DNA from: Macrostomum lignano
Lineage: Eukaryota
Reading direction: 5' to 3'
NCBI GenBank assembly: GCA_002269645.1
Contig: NIVC01001141.1
Coordinates: 62,001-126,000, forward strand
DNA length: 64,000 nucleotides
The notes under the pieces are model-generated. The model did no database searches. It was given only the letters and a program-made list of their open reading frames with translations, and was not told the origin of the DNA. Shown here one piece after another: positions 60,501 through 64,000 of the stretch. Both the position numbers and the translations under genes were made by a program. Numbering within the stretch: the stretch's first letter is position 1; each line of letters starts with the position of its first letter.

Positions 60501-63500
60501 GGCAGCGGGAGAAGAGCTGGCCCCAGTCCTTGCTGAGGGACGGTGCGTCCTTGGGCCGGGAGCCGCGGCGTGGGTTCCAGAAGGGGTTGCCGCTCAGGTC
60601 AAGGTGGGTCACGCACTGGGTCAGTCCGCGCAGGAAGGCTGGGGCGAACTGTGGAAGGGGCAGCGAGTTTGGTTAGAGCAGCCAAGCGGGCTCAGTCAGA
60701 ACTGACCAAGTTCGCCAAGCAGCTGATACTGGGTGCTCACCGAGTCCAGGTTGAAGTCGCAGCCCACGCAGCTGAGATGCTCCAGGTTGGTGGCCTTGGA
60801 AATGTACTTTTGTATGAGCTGCAAACGGAAGGGGTCGATTCGAGCTGCCGCGGTTTAGCCTCAGTAGAAACAGAGAACAGATAAAACAATATCCCATTGA
60901 TTATTGCCCGCTGCATCCCAAAGCAGTCATGCGTTTGGCTTTACTGATAGAGATCTGCAACTCCATTCTGCACTACTACAAATAGCCAGTTTCGAGGCTG
61001 TTACTGGAATTTTCTGTAAGGCACTGCAGCCTTGAATCAGAGCCCGCATGCAAGTTCGCGGTGCCAGAGCTGGCTGAGCGGCCCCTCACTCACTTCGCTG
61101 CAGAACCCACGCGTCTTCAGCATCTGCACAATGGAAGCTCGTTGCTGGTAGGGGGGCAGGTGGGCCAGTGGCTGGCTTAGATAGGCAGTCTGATGGGACG
61201 GCAGAGTGGGTTGCAGATGGGCAGTCTGATGGGACGGCAGAGTGGGGTGCAGATGGGCAGTCTGATGGGACGGCAGAGTGGGGTGCAGATGGGCAGTCTG
61301 ATGGGACGGCAGAGTGGGGTGCAGATGGGCAGTCTGATGGGACGGCAGAGTGGGGTGCAGATGGGCAGTCCGATGGGAGAGTGGTAGAGTGGGTTGCAGA
61401 TGGGCAGTCTGATGGGAGAGCGGCAGAGTGGGATGCAGATGGGCAGTCTGATCGGAGAGCGGCAGAGTGGGATGCAGATGCGCAGTCTGATGGGAGAGCG
61501 GTAGAGTGAGGTGCAGATAGGCAGTCTGATGGGAGAGCGGCAGAGTGGGGTGCAGATAGGCAGTCTGATGGGAGAGCGGCAGAGTGGGGTGCAGATAGGC
61601 AGTCTGATGGGAGAGCGGCAGAGTGGGGTGCAGATGCGCAGTCTGATGGGAGAGCGGTAGAGTGAGGTGCAGATAGGCAGTCTGATGGGAGAGCGGCAGA
61701 GTGGGGTGCAGATAGGCAGTCTGATGGGAAAGCGGCAAAGTGGGGTGCAGATGCGCATGCGCAGTCTGATGGGAGAGCGGCGGAGTGGGGTGCAGATGGG
61801 CAGTCTGATGGGAGAGCGGTAGAGTGGGTTGCAGATGGGCAGTCTGATGGGAGAGCGGCAGAGTGGGGTGCAGATGGGCAGTCTGATGGGAGAGCGGTAG
61901 AGTGGGGTGCAGATGGGCAGTCTGGATGGGAGAGCGGCAGAGTGGGGTGCAGATGGGCAGTCTGATGGGAGAGCGGCAGAGTGGGGTGCAGATGGGCAGT
62001 CTGATCGGAGAGCGGTAGAGTGGGTTGCAGATGGGCAGTCTGATGGGAGAGCGGCAGAGTGGGGTGCAGATGGGCAGTCTGATGGGAGAGCGGCGGAGTG
62101 GGGTGCAGATGGGCAGTCTGATGGGAGAGCGGCAGAGTGGGGTGCAGATGGGCAGTCTGATGGGAGAGCGGCAGAGTGGGGTGCAGATGGGCAGTCTGAT
62201 GGGAGAGCGGCAGAGTGGGGTGCAGATGCGCAGTCTGATGGGAGAGCGGCAGAGTGGGGTGTAGATGGGCAGTCTGATGGGAGAGTGGTAGAGTGGGGTG
62301 CAGATGGGCAGTCTGATGGGAGAGCGGCAGAGTGGGGTGCAGATGGGCAGTCTGATGGGAGAGTGGTAGACAGTTGAACCAGCAGGTAGATAGCTGGTGT
62401 CTCAGGCATTAAAAGGATTCACAGAAGGTCAAAGCAGTTGCTCCAGAACATGTGAAATTTATGAGTTTATACTCCAGTCAAGCATGCTCAGTTTCCGGGC
62501 TCCACTCACTGTTGAATTCTCCCCCTTCTGCTCGTTGCAATCGATGACCAGGTGGCTGAGAGGCGGCGGGCCCGGGAGGCCCTGCTGACCGCCGCCGAGG
62601 GCTTCGCAGACGCGGTTCAACGCCTTGGCGGAGAGGCCGCAGCCGCTCAAGACCAGCCGCTCCAGACTGCTGCTGAGCCGAGACAGCAGGGCGCACAGCC
62701 GGTCCACGACTTCAATGAAAAGGGGATGAGGCTGCTGGCATTTGGACTTTAGCTGAGGACCGGCGGTTTTTCAGGGAAATAAGGGAGTGAGTGAGTGGCA
62801 CCAGGAGTGAGTGAGTGACGTCCAGAGTGAGTGAGTGACGCCCAGAGTGAATTAGTGGCACCTGGAGTGAGTGAGTGATGGCCAGAGTGAGTAAGTGACG
62901 CCCAGAGTGGAGTGAGTGAGTGACGACCAGGGTGAGTGAGTGACGCCCAGAGTGAGTGAGTGACGCCCAGAGTGAGTGAGTGACGCCCAGAGTGAGTGAG
63001 TGACGCCCAGAGTGAGTGAGTGACGCCCAGAGTGAGTGAGTGACGCCCAGAGTGAGTGAGTGACGCCCAGAGTGAGTGAGTGACGCCCAGAGTGAGTGAG
63101 TGACGCCCAGGGTGAGTAAGTGACGCCCAGAGTGAATGAGTGGCACCTGGAGTGAGTGAGTGACGCCCAGAGTGAGTGAGTGACGCCCAGAGTGAGTGAG
63201 TGACGCCCAGAGTGAGTGAGTGACGCCCAGAGTGAGTGAGTGACGCCCAGGGTGAGTAAGTGACGCCCAGAGTGAATGAGTGGCACCTGGAGTGAGTGAG
63301 TGACGCCCAGAGTGAGTGAGTGACGCCCAGGGTGAGTAAGTGACGCCCAGAGTGGAGTGAGTGAGTGACGACCAGGGTGAGTAAGTGACGTCCAGAGTGA
63401 GTGAGTGACGCCCAGAGTGAATGAGTGACGCCCAGAGTGAGTGAGTGACGCCCAGAGTGAGTAAGTGACGCCCAGAGTGAGTAAGTGACGCCTCACAGTG

Positions 63501-63903
63501 AGTGCGTGAGTGGCACCCCGGAGGGAGTGAGTGACGCCCAAAGTGAGTGACGTGACACCCGGAGTGAGTGCATGGCAAACAGCGCTAAGCCTGAGAAGGG
63601 GACTCCAGAGGTAGCAGGACAGCAGCCCTTTTCAATTTACTTTTATCGTCGCTGAAGGTGTTGCCGGACAGGTCGAGCACCTTGATGCGGAACCCGCTGT
63701 TGGCGTCCAACGCTGAGGCAATCGCCCGCACCGAGTCTCTGTGGCGGAGTTGGGAGATGTGAAAGCTGGGATTAAATGCAGAGAGCAGGGCGAGAAGCAG
63801 TGATAGCTACTCACATTTTTAGGCCGCAGTTGGGCAGGTGCAATTCCAGCAGCGTTGTGTTGTAAGTCAGCATCATCTCCAGGAACTTGCTCATCTGAGC
63901 TGT
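54539..63903 (-). CDS. CARMIL (LRRC16): CARMIL/LRRC16, 3' part (5' end lies beyond the window); exons 63903-63815, 63738-63641, 62709-62510, 60818-60741, 60648-60288, 60088-59998, 59911-59863, 59552-58690, 57661-57574, 57523-56697, 54669-54539
   Basis: LRRs align with recalled CARMIL sequence (AFLRGLTQCVTHLDLSGN; TLESLSLRDSRL..NAIGQCRNLSKLDISGNWMQDLGAKFLAKSL..DDNHIG..MPVPAMD). All introns are GT-AG and phases are consistent, except one surplus base in exon 57523-56697. Confidence 0.88.
54730..56645. repeat. 37-bp minisatellite, ~52 units, filling the last CARMIL intron
   Basis: TGCTGCTTGGTCA(G)TGTGACTTGTTG(A/T)TGATTGGTGCC, period ~37, with variant blocks near 55980-56640. Confidence 0.95.
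58120..58446 (-). mobile_element. SINE family 2 copy, most complete example, in a CARMIL intron
   Basis: Minus strand: GGGCCGTAGCCCAGCGG (A box), GGCTCGATTCC (B box), CACATTAATTTG, GCCAACCCCCAAGGCGCAG, TGTGTGAGTGTGTGCCTGCGTACGTATCCGCGCG (matches 32085-32120), GCTCAGGGGAGTCGGCGGAATGGGC. Confidence 0.75.
59570..59847. repeat. Pure (ACTG)n / (CAGT)n microsatellite, ~69 units, occupying most of a 310-bp CARMIL intron
   Basis: Direct reading. Intron limits are 59553-59862. Confidence 0.98.
60160..60258. repeat. 11-bp repeat GGGCAGCAACA, ~8 degenerate units
   Basis: Direct reading, inside intron 60089-60287. Confidence 0.8.
61180..62370. repeat. 37-39-bp minisatellite, ~30 units, CARMIL intron
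   Basis: GGGCAGTCTGATGGG(AG)A(C/GC)GGCAGAGTGGGGTGCAGAT, with shorter units at the left end. Confidence 0.95.
62784..63570. repeat. 20-bp minisatellite, ~38 units, CARMIL intron
   Basis: AGTGAGTGAGTGACGCCCAG with period 20. Confidence 0.95.
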
Positions 63904-64000
63904 CTGGAAGGGACAAATGATTCGTGAGAAGTTTTGAGTTCGATGTACCGATGGATGAAATTTAGCCCCCACCTAAACTCTGAAGCCACCTGAAGCTTAA

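Overview
Eukaryotic (metazoan) genomic DNA with spliceosomal introns and very high repeat content. The style of GC-rich exons and minisatellite-filled introns resembles a free-living flatworm such as Macrostomum, but that is an unverified guess. Left part: a 5'-truncated Penelope-like element in CpG-depleted AT-rich DNA, then a convergent PAQR3-like / NRAMP gene pair caught in a near-identical 8.69-kb tandem duplication whose junction supplies a new in-frame ATG for the second PAQR copy. Middle: a fragmentary type I membrane-protein gene, three tandem minimal hammerhead ribozymes separated by (CT)n tracts (retrozyme-like), and a BEL/Pao LTR retrotransposon present as one full and one partial copy, flanked by 1.7-2-kb direct repeats instead of a normal TSD. 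Right part: an FGD-like DH-PH-FYVE-PH gene, a small four-TM gene whose predicted 16-nt middle exon sits in a 22-copy tandem array with its splice sites, and the 3' 11 exons of a CARMIL gene. All exon models and alignments were made by eye from GT-AG sites, phase consistency and recalled family motifs. No searches or folding programs were run.
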